From positions 33,046,001 to 33,110,000 of the forward strand of contig NC_045138.2 in NCBI RefSeq assembly GCF_008831285.2: a stretch of 64,000 nucleotides of DNA, written 5' to 3'. Source of the stretch: Nymphaea colorata (lineage: Eukaryota). Every line of letters begins with the position of its first letter. The stretch's first letter is position 1. Below are positions 50,186-63,262 of this stretch, piece by piece. The notes under the pieces were generated by a model, which did no database searches, was not told the origin of the DNA, and saw only the letters and a list, made by a program, of their open reading frames with translations. The translations under genes and the position numbers were made by a program.

Positions 50186-51922
50186 AGCAAAGGATAGGTT
50201 GCTCATCCTTCGGCAGGGAGTTTGGGGAGAGAGAGAAAGGGAACTATTGAGAATGAGAGAAAAAAGAGAACCAATAACACAGATTTTTAAGTGGTTGGGT
50301 TCATAGACCTAGATCCTAGATGAATGCGAGAGCAGCTACTCCTTTGGTTTTCCCTTTTTCCTTGTTTTCTTTCTTTGCTTTACAAGTATTTTTCAGATGC
50401 ATGAAGAAAGTTAAAATCAATGCAGAAGATCGTTGGTAGAGTTTACATGTAAACAAAATGACTGTGGAAAGAATATTACCAACATATATTGCTGCAATTC
50501 TTCAAGGTTCACACGATTTTAATAAGGCAAGAATGAAAATGAACCGTTGAGCATGCTGCGCTGGATGTAATGACCACTTACAACAGGAACCACAACTGTG
50601 GTTGGTGTTGTTCTGGGTGAGAAGAAATGACTGCAAGGGAAGATTCTTGGCAACCAGCGGGACTTGTTTGGCACCATCACCGGTGACCTCAAACTTGAAG
50701 GAAGGGGCACCATTTTTCCAACTCCTCCGTGGAACTTGACCACAAAGACAAACTAATACCAGACCCTAGATTTGGTTAATGGGTCCATCCCCTACTGCTC
50801 TCTCTACATCTCTCTCTGAATTTCCTTTAAAAAAAGAAGCCATGCGAATTTGATGGAGCATGAGATAGGGTGCGTTTGATGCACCTGGAAAAAAGTCAAA
50901 TTTCGGAAGACAATCTCATTTCACTAGGAAGATCTGTGATTTTTGTTGTTACTTTTAACACTGGATTAAAGTTTAAAAAAAAAAAAAAAGACTAACTTAA
51001 CATACGTTTCTCACCAACTCACTCTTAAGATCATATAAAGCTAGATTGCAGAAAAAGCACCTTAATAATTAACTTTAATATAATTGTCCACATGCAACCT
51101 AAATTTCTTAATTGCAATTTTTTTACTTTTGAAATTGAATTTGATATATATAATTGCATTAGCGGAGATCGGTTTTCGATTCAGGGGAGTTGTACTGTTG
51201 TTGGTGGCACGTAAGAATTGGGCTTTCAGGGATATTTCTCCCGGTTTCAGCTTTTCATGCTTGAGGGCGTAGAAGGATATTCACCTCTCGATCAATCGCT
51301 GCTCCTCCTTGCTGCTGACTACGTCTTTCTTCCTTTCTCCGCTCTTTATTTCTTACATGTTTCCCATAGTTTTTTCGCCAACTGCCTGTCCCCTACTTCT
51401 GTTCATCATATTACCATTTTTATCCGCTTTCTCTCTTTATATCCCTTTCTCGCTCCTAGGGAGATTTTTTGTTTTAATCATAGTCACAAATTAAACGGTG
51501 ATACGCATTATATCTAAGAAAAATCGGTTTTTATTTGGTATAATAAAACGAGCTTGGAAAAATAAAAGAATATATATATGTGCTAAATTTTTAAAAAATT
51601 AAAAGCCCTAAAAATTAAAACAAATTGAAATAATTGATAACATAATTATACAAACATAAAAAATAAGTAGATTTGCAATAAATAAAAATTAAGAAATAAA
51701 AACAAGCAGTTTGGCATTAAAAAATGTGAAAAAAACATGAAAAAATGAGTTTTTTCTCTTTTTTTGTATTGGTTTTTTTTTTTAAAAAAAAATGTACAGT
51801 GGTTTTTAAAAGTTGTATACGGCCGACTTATTTATCATATTTTCTTATATATATATTATTTATTAAAAAAACACATTTTTTGTGATTAGAGTTTTAATGA
51901 CAATCAAGAAAGCACTCTGAGG

Positions 51923-52353
51923 TAAGGGTGGGCATCCGGCGCCCAATAAAGAACCGTCGGGAACGGCCCGACGGGCCGTTGGGTCGGGCCCGGGCCTGGC
52001 CCGGATATTTAACGGGTTGGGCCGGGCTGGGCCCAGATATATGAAACCTGAGCCCGGGCTTGGCCCAGTTATAATAAAATAATATTATTTTTAATTTATA
52101 AAATATTTTTTAAAAAATAAAATAATATTTATTAGTGATAAATATATAATATTAAAATTAAAAATTTATATTTTAATTTTTAACGAGCCGGGCCGAGGCT
52201 GACCCGACAGGCATATCAGGCCCGAACCCGGCCCGTTAACAATTTTTCCCGGACCAGGCCCGGGCCCGACCCAGCCAACTTTTTCCAGGCCCGAGCCCGA
52301 GGCGGGCCGGGTACCGAGTACCCAGCGGTGGCCCGGCCCCGTGCCCACCCTTA
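51923..52353. mobile_element. hAT-type MITE, 431 bp
   Basis: Perfect 12-bp TIR TAAGGGTGGGCA / TGCCCACCCTTA and perfect 8-bp TSD CTCTGAGG (51915-51922, 52354-52361). GGCCC-rich subtermini surround an AT-rich core. Confidence 0.95.
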
Positions 52354-54611
52354 CTCTGAGGTGAGAGACCTGACCGCACCGCTTCCTAGACAACTTGATG
52401 CAGAGACCCTTTGAACGCCAAAACCTTCGGACTGAATCACGTAGTTTGCTTCTACTGGAGCCATCTCTTTGGCTTCTGTTTAGAGAGTCTTTTAATTAAA
52501 CAGATTTTGTGCCTAACCAGATTTCCGTTAAGCTGAAAATTGAAGTTTAGAAATTTTGTTTTAGCTGCAAGAAAACTTACCCACAGAAATAATTTAAACG
52601 ATGGATACCAGTCTCTGACTTCATAAGTTTTGGGTCATGAAGATGACATACTGCATGGTCAAAATTTTCCAAGGCGCAAAATTCGAAGCATAAGGAGCAT
52701 TGTTGCCTCTTAGGAAGGCTTTCAACATAACATAGTTCAGTAGATGATCAGTTTGAATGACGGGCAGCACGTAGACAAGGTTTTCAAGTATACGTTTCAC
52801 AAGTTGGCAGCACGAATCCTAAAATAATGTCTTCATGCCAAAAGGAAAATGTCTAATATATATTGAATAAAAAAATTATGTGCTTAGATTTGGTTGATAC
52901 AAGTTGCACCTTTGATATCCGCCTAACTATTTTCTTATGCCAACTATTTTCTCTCTGTGCTTTATTATAATGTAACTTTTTACATTTAGTTAGATGGTCA
53001 CTGTTTTTCCATATTGTAATTAGCAGTTGCGTGGCCGTCCTGTTCATGGGAAAATTCCACGAACGTGAGCATCACATCGCATGGCCGCAGAATTCCGACT
53101 CCCATTCTCCAAAACCGCAGCAGGACGTGTTCGCCGCTTCATTTCTTTGACCGCTTTGTGGAAAAACTTTACGAGAAGAGGGGAGCACGCGTTGGTCCAC
53201 ACTCACACAAACCAATTTTTTCTTAGAATAAATAGCAAAATTGATAATATTTTTTTTCTTAAAAATGTTTAAACTTTGCTGCCACCAAGTTTTCAAGTAA
53301 TTTAATCATTGTTTATTTATCTCCTAAAGAGTCACAAAAATGTAAAGTAAATTGCCACTAAATACAGTGGGGCCTTGTGAATCGATTCAACTTCATCCTA
53401 AAAAAAGCAAAACAAGGCCTTGAGGATCGATTTAATCTCATCCTCAAAACAAGTCGAACAATCCATAGTTCGCAAACTCACCAATCTGAGTTGTGAGTCA
53501 CCAAGCTGAATAGAATCGCCATGATCAATTATTTTACATGTTCATCGAATCAACTGCCATGATCAATCAATTACATGTTCTTGTTGCTGAATAATAAAGT
53601 TTATTATTTTTAAAGTTGCAAAATATCACAAACTTTATTAAATATAATCAAATACTGTATTACATTACCTATATCACACGTTATGCTGATGAAAAAAAAT
53701 CAAGTATAGAGAAGGAGCCAGCCGGGGGGACGGCCTGAAAAAAAAACATAAACTTTACATGTAAAATTTTAAAAAAAATTATTTACTCTATATAAACATT
53801 CAAAAAATGGTATTTTGATCCAGAAACTATGATTCATTTCTCTTCATGAAAAATTTCTGATTTCACACAAACTTACCTTCTCTTCCCTTGAGAGGTTTAG
53901 ACATTGTTGCTTATCTACTACCTTCCACAAAGCCCTTTTCGTCATCCCATCTGTTAAGTAGAAAATCCCTATTCATTAATGAATCTTCTAAGGGGCAATT
54001 GTCTCTGTAACGTTCGCGAAATTATGGATACCGGAGTAGCATAAGAAGCACTATCAATAATGGCAAAGATTCATTCGTATTCGTATGAATTAGTGTATGA
54101 AACGCCCAAAAATAACAATCTATTTTCTCCTCTTTTTAGAGGCAAATCTTCATTCATAGTTGGTGTTCTAAGATGCAATAATCTATGCAACATTCCGTAA
54201 TGGACAGCAAAATACCACAAGAAGCACTAATAACAATCGCAAAGCTTCATTCACATAAACTAAATGCAAATTAAAGCACTTTTAGTCCTTATAACAGTAC
54301 AAATATCAACAACCTCTTACACCACACATACCAATATCCCTATACATATTAAACCAGGCATAAAAATATCTTTCCACCCGTGGAACAAATATAACATGAA
54401 CGAACCAACATCGTCTCTGACCCAACAGAACAACAAATAGGAGCTACATCAGAGCAAGATAACAATTCTGTGTAATGGTAGCTTCTTATTGCGCCAACTA
54501 GATAAAATTTACAATAACTCACTCTCACAACGATATAAACAAACATTTACTATTCTCTTTTTCTTCTTTGGCTTTTCCCATGATCTGGTTGGACCAAAGG
54601 GGAGGACCGAC

Positions 54612-54848
54612 TCAGTTGGGACCCCAGCAGCTGAGGTACATGACGGTGCGTAGCGACTCCTCGGCCCGCCGGCGCTTCTCCTCGGCGGCTCTCCTCTTGA
54701 CGGGCTCAATCGCGCTGGAGAAACGCCTGACGTCCCTCCGGCCGTTGACCTTGGATGCAACATCACACCTGGGAGCCTGGTCCTTCACCCCTTGCACCGC
54801 CTTGCTGCCGGCGGCGATGCAGATCCTACTCGCATGCCTCAGGCTCAT
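54612..54848 (-). CDS. Wound-induced polypeptide (DUF3774), copy 8, 78 aa
   Basis: ATG at 54848: MSLRHASRICIAAGSKAVQGVKDQ...DVRRFSS...RAEESLRTVMYLSCWGPN*. CTATAAAA on the minus strand at ~55116-55124. Confidence 0.94.
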   Translation of the reverse strand: MSLRHASRICIAAGSKAVQGVKDQAPRCDVASKVNGRRDVRRFSSAIEPVKRRAAEEKRRRAEESLRTVMYLSCWGPN

Positions 54849-56928
54849 TCCCTTTCTAAAAGTTGCCGGAAAGAACCTTGGGAAAGGACTAGGGACGGAT
54901 TTACAAACGACCCACTTGAAGAAATCGCCGGAGAAACTGCCGAAAAGCTTAGACGGATAGAATTCAGATCGATTTCCACGACCCACTTGATGATATCGTC
55001 GGAAAGGATCGTAGAAGGTGGATTCAAAAAGGATTGGAACGATCGGGAAGGAAGATATCACTTTCGGCTGGGGCTCTATGATTCTATCAATCTGAGGAAA
55101 CAAGCACCACGAAATTTTTTATAGGGAGAAAATTCGCCGTTGGGTTGGAGGAAACCGGCGGCTGTTTAGGCGTAGGAGAAATGGGTCGGAAGAGGAAGAC
55201 GGATCTACACGATGGACGGCGGTGATCTTGTTCGCAGTAGCGTGCCTTGTTTTTCAAGATTCTAGCCAGGTGAATACTGTGGGTGGGGTGACTTCAGTCG
55301 GTGCCCTGGTTTTTTACCGTCCTTGCCGGGGGACGAAATTGAGGCCGCTACTTTCCGAAAGTAAGGCTGCTATTTGCAACTCCAAGTGATGGTATGTCAT
55401 GGGATTGTCCGGCAAACGGACATCAAGACTCACGGGATCCAAAAATTTTGATCTGTTTTGTAGCCTGCTTACAAATACAAGAGGGTCAACTGGTTTCAGA
55501 TTTCATGCTGGACCGGATCTGCATCCATAAAAGCCTAGGCTCCATCGCATGTCAACGTTCCGAATGTAACCTGATACTTGATCTGATCCCAAATTCAAAT
55601 AATTGGATTTAACAAGTTCCAATTAGTAATCAGATGCAGATATGGTATACAAATTTTTATCGAGTTTGATATATATTTGATTTTTACAAACATCCGGATG
55701 GACTACATGTAAAAAAAAAAAAAAAGTATGGATCTCAATTTAATTCTAAATCTAATTTAGCAATACAAAATAGTCAAAAATGAAATTTAACCATATGAGA
55801 TCCGAATCTGATCAGCTAATATCTCTACTGAGTTTGGGTAAGTCATTTGTTCTCGAATATTGCCAGTTGACCCCAAGGGACTGGCAAAAGTGAGATGTGG
55901 TGGTCGAAGGGACAGTCACGATGCGATTGTCAAGCACGTCATTTCTTGAAAAGGTGAAATTTGCGGAGCCCAGCTTGAGGTTGAAGGGAACTAGAGGAGT
56001 GTTGCCATTGCTTTTAGCTCCAAGATTTTTCTTCCATTATACTTTCCGATGCAAATTCGCAGGGAGGAAAAGGCCTCTCTTAACCTATTATTACCAAAAG
56101 GAATGAACAAAATACATGAGAGAGTAAAAGAAGACACAAGGAGGTCGTTTCAATAAGCCTCGGCGTACAAGAGATTATACTTTAAAACTAGTTTGGAAGA
56201 GGTTCAAAATCTAGAGAATCTTAGTGACACAAGTAATGGCTTGAGAAGAGAGCCTAATATTAAGAAAATGAGTTTTGCGAGACAAGACCCTGTTAACAGA
56301 AGCATACACAGCACCTTTCAATTTAACAAGATCTTTTCCTGTAGTAAAAACATAAAGATGCCTCAGCCCCAATTCTCCTTCCATACATTTACTTTCTCAC
56401 CATTACCAATTATCCAAGAAACCAAATGACTGATATTGTCCCAACCCCAAAGACAACTCTTCCATGCCCACGAAAAATGGCTTGTGTGTTTTTCTTCAAT
56501 TATACTCTAAAGATCGCAATACTTTTTTTTGTCTGTTTTTATAGTTTGTTCATTTTGTCTATGCTATATGGAGGCAGATTAAAAACATTCTAAAATATCA
56601 GGAGGATTCCAAGAACATGTATAACACCAATCGGCAAGTCAGCATGGCATTCAAGAAGTGCATCAAATACTGTCTGGTTCACTTCATGTTTGACCAAACT
56701 TCAAATTTTGAAGACCACGGCAGTAAAATTGAACATCTGAAGCTTTCTCGAGGGTAAAACGAATCATAGTGTTTTTTATTCCTGAGGCATACAATTTCAA
56801 ACATTGCACCAATAAAATCATCCACTATGGGAAATAAAGGGACAACCACAAACCTTCCAATTGATCATAACAAACCTTTTAAAGGCAACAAATAACTACT
56901 TCAGTATCACATAATGTAAGTGTTAATT

Positions 56929-59900
56929 CTAAGGAGCAGGAAGATCATCGTCTACTGGTATTCTAAAGGTGTCAGCTGCTCCAAACTTCCTTCGTCCCTC
57001 AGACTCATCCTCAGATCCCATGCTGTCATCATCATCTTCCTCTTCGTGCGCATGAGGAGAGTCAGGTTCCTGGAAACTCTTGGCTATACAACCATGAGTA
57101 GCTAGCATATTGACTTGACCAAGATGTGAGATTTCAACCACAACAGTATCATCTTCACTAGGAAGAGGCTGCTTCCATGGTTCTCCATCCATTCTCATGT
57201 AGGTATGGTCAGCCGCACCCTTGTGGAATTCAAAACGAACACGATGCGCCTGTGTCAAGTTGCCACAACAGTTCAAAGCAAGGTTGTGTATAGTAGACTT
57301 ACATCATAAAAATTGTTATCACAGAATCAGTTTTCAGATACGAGTGACACAGCAATTATAGCTTCATCCATCGCTGGTATATAGGCAGGGTCTAGAACAT
57401 GAACAAATGATGACCATATGCTCCAAGAAATAGCAAAATGAGAGTTCACCAATTTGGTGGGAAAATATTGACAACTCACTGAACGACCTGTGAAACAGAA
57501 TGCCCAATAACAAACACGTCAAAGACAAACCTTGGCAATCTACCCAGTGGGACAAGTTACTCCTATGCCTTCGACCTTAATCTACCCACAGGAATTTTCG
57601 CATTATGGGAAACAACATCACGCGACATCTGATTTCTCATTGCCTTCAATGCTTCACGTGGAAATAAAAGCAGAATGTTAAGATCTTATGGTAAATTCAA
57701 TAACTTCTAACCTGTGCAAGTCGAGTCCCATGTCCTTTCGGGGCAATTAAAACAAGACCATGCCAACCATCTCTAAAACCTACCACCTCGAGCAGACCAT
57801 CATCCACAAATGGCACAGTCAAGTCCCTCTACAAAATTTCACAGTCCACAACAACCAAAAGTAAGCAACTAATAAGGACCATAGTTATGACAAATTAAAG
57901 TGAAGATTACAGAAGGGAACTAACATCTCTCTTCTTCTTACTGTTTGGTGTTCCCCAGGGATTTAGTCCACCAGAAAAGCTAGGCAAATTTAGGCATATA
58001 ATAGATCTGATGCTGAAGATTAACAATGAAAACAAGGGTAGATATAAGAACATCAGCTGAAAAGATTTGGAGTAAAACAACTCATATTATTCATATGACA
58101 TATCTTAATCAGAACTATGCCAAGAAACCGGAATCCAATTCCAACCTTACCATTCCAATTTTATTGGATGTCCCGGAAGAGATAGAAGATTATTTATGAG
58201 TCAATGTATACATTCCTAAACCAAATGGTAGTTTTTGTGTGCTTATTTTATGTGCAGCTTGGATATTCTGTAGTCTCCATCTGTTTTAAAATATCAATAT
58301 ATTAACAAAGTTCTCCCACTAACAATTTTAACTTCATGATGTCTCTGTCAGCTGTAATTTTTCATGACCAACGTGGACGTTGATCAAATACAGAAATGAT
58401 AAGACTACAATTATGTGGAAGTGTAGACAAATAAAAATAAAATTTTGATAGCACCATTCACCAATCATGACATCATAACATTGTCATTCATGTGCCTTTC
58501 TGATGGATATGCCAATATCTTTTGGAAAAGATTCTTTTATGTTTCAAAGACATGGAAATGGCTAATCCAAAAGTACACTCTATAGGTGCTTAATAATATA
58601 TGTATCCTTTCAAAGACAGGAAATATTCCCTCTCCATGACACAGTGACACATCCTGCTATGATCTGGTCTAGCATCAGAAAATAGAAGACTATGTTCTCA
58701 TCAAACATACCTGCGTGGAATGTGGAGGTCCTCCCAACGTCCATGCTTTTTCATTATCTTCACATTCGCAAGTTGAGCAATGTTACTGCCAATGTAATTC
58801 ACAGGCTCAATCAAGTTTGCTTTCAGGGACAATAAAACTAGCTTGAAGATACACATAGTACATTCAGGATAAATTAGATAAATCAATATGCTGGAATCTA
58901 CATCTATTTAGTTATACAATTCCCCATGTGTATTTGAGCTTCTTTCTAAGCAGCACCATCTGTTATCCATGAAGTATTATTCAATGACCAAAACCTAATA
59001 TTTGACCAACCATAGGATCATAAAAACAAGACCAACATTTAGACGAGCTCCATCATGATATAGACTATATAGAAAATACCAGAAATAATAAACCTTTTAC
59101 AAGTAGTTCATCATGTTATCATACCAATGGTTCCCCAATATAGAATAATGCAGGCATTTACTTTCAAATTATAACCAGCTTGACCATACCGAGATGATGG
59201 ATGAAAAAGTGAAGCACAAAACCATCCTTGTGAGCAGCCAATCTTCGCATAGGTGCTCTACATAATTGCATACAGTGTCAATTGAATAAAAACATGGAAG
59301 AAGCCTTTGCATGAAATGACATCAAGGAATTAAGTGATGATGTTGTATTGGGACAAGCATAGGACAATGAAGATCTCTAGATAAAATGCTATGAGATTAT
59401 TCTATCAACAGAAATGGATATTGACATGGCACTATCACATCTCCAAACATTTTTTGCCTATTAACTGTTCCCAAGCAAGTGGTTCATGTCTCAGGTTACA
59501 ATTGAATAAATTCCTTTAAAATTGATTTCTTAGGCTAAACTATTTAGTAGATAAAAAAAACCAAAGAATTTAATTACCCTAACATGTAGATACCTACGAA
59601 AATTGATTTATGTGCTACCAAGTCTCAGGCTCCTTACATTAGGCAACGAAAAATTTTCCTGTCCACTGCCCTGCTGTTCAGAAAGCTAGGCATCTAACTG
59701 AGAAATTATTGTAATCCATATTTCTCATATATGAACAACCCTATAAGTTCATCCCACTATGCATCATGGATCTTTTCCATCAGCACGATCAAAGTGTTCA
59801 GTATAGCAAAGACTAAGGGTTTTAATTTTTCCTATTTTAGAAGATCATGATCAATTAATCTCAAGACTGAGGATTTAACTTGCTTGCACATAGTGATCAA

Positions 59901-62900
59901 ATTGAACAAAGATACTCCTTCGCTGATGAACAAAAATGAGGCAGATTATTGTAATTCAAGATGTTGATTTCCCAGAGGGGTTTTTTAGAGGATTATTCCT
60001 AAGGCAATTCTATCACTAAACAGGGGAATGAATCCAGTATCCAGAAATTTCAGCCTCAATACTGGAACCAAATTTAATTCCACATGCATCTGCGTTTAAT
60101 AAGCAAAAGAAGGAACATAATTTATGGCAATAAGTGTAGCTTACCCTTAATCTTATGAATGTGCCCTGGAAAAAAGTAAATTTTCCATCCAACCATCATT
60201 TTTTAGGTTCTACACCATTGACAAAATGTGGAATTTAAACTTATCAAGCAGGGTTGGCCAAGTATGAAATAAGGCCAAAAAGCTTGTCTGAGAAGAATAA
60301 AATGCCCATCAAAGTGCCAGACAAACAAATATAGCAGATGATGTAATTTGAATCACAGCGGAGAGGAAACAGGTATCAGATGCCAACACTTAAAGGAGTT
60401 GAAGTTTTTTACATTGAGTGTCTGAAAATACCTGGTTAACTAATTGATTTTTGAATTTTTCTGGATGCAGCTTCCTCTCTGAATGAAATGCATATGACAC
60501 TTGTGCATCCATCCCTGAAGGTCAAAGAATATAGTCACCGTTAGCTGACCATAGTTATAAAATACTTCTAGAGCCACAGGAATTTTTTTTGCCAAGAATC
60601 TGACTTTCGAATAGTCAAGGAAAACATATTCTTGGCTGTGGTCCACATATGAGTTGCTTGCCAACACAGATTGCAGACACATTATTGATAAAACTTTGAA
60701 TTCAAGTTAGTGTATGCAGCATACTGATTTAGTTTGGCAAACATGTCATAAAATGTTATAATTATATAAGGAATTATGAGTCATATATTGCAATTTACTT
60801 CATAATTATGTCTCCATTACAGTGAATGACGTTTAGACAGAAACGAAAAAACCCAAGATGCACCCTTCTAGTTTGGTGAAAATTAGACTAGATACTGGTG
60901 CTTATCATAATATATCGAAGTCAACATGATCATTCAGTTAACTAAAATATATGTTCATAACGAGGATGTCTTACCCATGCTAAAGTAGTTCCAAAATCCA
61001 CCCCGATATGTGTGATAGCCATCCTGGTAATAGGTCAGCAAGAGGTTATTACATAAAACATGATGGCCAGATAAGATGGGATCAACATTTTAGACCCAAG
61101 AAAGATTGGAGATGGCTTTAGGAGAATACCATGGACATGATTTGAATTGTTCATTGAATGAGATTTGAAAGATGCATTACAGGTGATGAAACCAACTATA
61201 GCATGGTAAATACAGCACATGAAGAACGCTCATACGGTTAGATCCGACATTCTATACCTAGATCCGCATGAGCCATTGCAATTCTATAGAGAAGAAAAAT
61301 GAAAAGTTTTTATACAACAATTTTCAGTCCTTGCATGGTATATATTACAGAGTACAGTGTGCTATTTGAGATCACTGTAAATCAGTCTATGATTCAGTAT
61401 ATCAGAACAGAGGGTAAATCTAGTTTGAAAGTTCATAAAACAAAAGGACTTCAAGTGCAAAGAACGCAATTTCTTGAATAATTTACCTCATTCATTAAAT
61501 CTGTGTCGGAGACACGTTTAAATGCATGCAAAGAATGTGGCAGCTCTAGAGGTGCAACAGGATCACAATCACCTTCTGCTGGAGCTTTCATCCTCATGAG
61601 AACATGCCAACTATATAGTATAAAAAAGATCAATAAGAAACTGATCTGAATTACTTCTCTGAGCAGGCAATTGGTTTAGACTATTAGTCTAATAATATCA
61701 ATGAATTAATAATTGAATTCCATAGGAGTGAACCCAACGAACAAAAATAAACATCAAGCATGGGGCAGGAATTCGGAAACAATGGATCTGAGCAACAAGA
61801 AAAGGAACATCGCATTTATCCTGTCAGTACCAATCAGTGTGTTCGTACTCTAATGAGTGGCCTCCAAGAAGCAATCATAAATGTGAAATAAAGTACCTAT
61901 CTATTTTCATCTCCTTTGCCTTCTTCACTTCATAAAGGAAAGACTTTACGGACTCCTTATCTGTACCAGGGTTTTTTTTCCCCTGTAAAGACATTTATCA
62001 ATCAGTGCAAAGACAATTATTGCCAATTCCTAGGCAGAATTACCAGCGATAAGTATTGTAATTTAGCCAAAAGCACTAATAAAAAAACATTGCAACTAAT
62101 TAATCAAATATATGGACATGCCCAGCTATTCATTTGTGCACAAATTTCCAAAACACATTTATGAGCTCTTCTCACAAACTTATTTATTGTAGATATTGTT
62201 CCCTGCCGTTTCATTGCTTTGTCCTTTCATGCTTTTCATGTTTTCTTATTTTCCTTGGTATTATTTACATTTTTCCACTGTTTTCTCTCCATTGCAAGAG
62301 GTTGTCCTAAAACCTTATCGGAAAATCTTAAAAGGCTCAATAATCATATCCTGCGAAAGAACTGGCCGTAAATGAATCTTAGAATGAATGGCCATAGAAT
62401 TAGTTAAATTCATGATAAAAACATTTTGACAATCAAGGGTTCAAAAATAATGGCTTCCAAATTCAGAAAATAATAATTCACAACTTACCCAACCAAATGA
62501 AAATGGAAGATTGTTTCCAGTTCCTAGAGGCACTGTAGCTACAGGAGGTGGCTGAGCTAATTTGAGATCACATACTACACCAAGAATCCAACCTGCTGTA
62601 CCGTCTCCACCTGCAACCTGTATCAAAATGCCTACAAACGTTCAACCGATACTCATTCAAACTTGGTCAAAGCCACGTTTAATTTTCAAATATGAGGAAT
62701 CTTCTGGACACCCATATTTTCTGTAATGTAACCATTCTAAAGATAGCAATCTGTCCGTAAAGCTGAAAGTGCCGATAGTGAAGAAAACTCACAATTATTC
62801 TCATCTTCTTCTCAATAGCAGAAGCAAAGTCGTCCCCACTTGCCTTGAGCCTTTGTAGGTTTCCATAAAGCTGGTGAAGCACCTTGTCGGGTGCAAGCTC

Positions 62901-63262
62901 TCCCAAATCGAAAACCTACATATAACAATCAAATAGCAGATTATATACGTTTCTAGATTTCAAAATGCAACCCACCCTTTGTTTCTCTTCTATCTTTAAG
63001 AAGTTTCGAGTTGGAGTTAAAGAGCAAACTGTGCGTTCAGGGATGCGGCCAGCTGCCTTACCTGAGCTGAATTAAGAAGTGTCCGGTATGTCTTAAGCAA
63101 GTCTCCACCAAGCTGACCTCCACTTTTGGAGTTGATGAACACTATCACTGGACATTCCGGCATGTATGACATTTCCTGAAAGGTGGCATCAGGTACGACT
63201 ATGTAATCTGGAATATAGAACTCTTTCAGGAGCTGATTGGTGTCTGAACTGCCGTCACCCAT
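56929..63262 (-). CDS. DGK5: Diacylglycerol kinase, cluster III (DGK5/DGK6-like), 487 aa
   Basis: Exons 63262-63062, 62915-62793, 62617-62489, 61982-61897, 61610-61487, 61023-60975, 60514-60432, 59257-59190, 58785-58711, 58012-57925, 57828-57712, 57249-56929. All introns are GT-AG and the total of 1464 nt is in frame. Motifs: [68 protein letters not shown]. The symbol reflects the closest recognised family member, not proven orthology. Confidence 0.95.

Noticed and set aside
55394..55815. Degenerate ATCCGA/AATCTG-rich element like the 5305 MITE
   Set aside because: No definable TIR pair or TSD, so the boundaries cannot be supported.
55900..56928. Alternative calmodulin-binding C-terminal exon of DGK, as known for tomato and Arabidopsis cluster III DGKs
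   Set aside because: No convincing donor/acceptor pair with a basic amphipathic frame was found by eye. RNA-seq would be needed.
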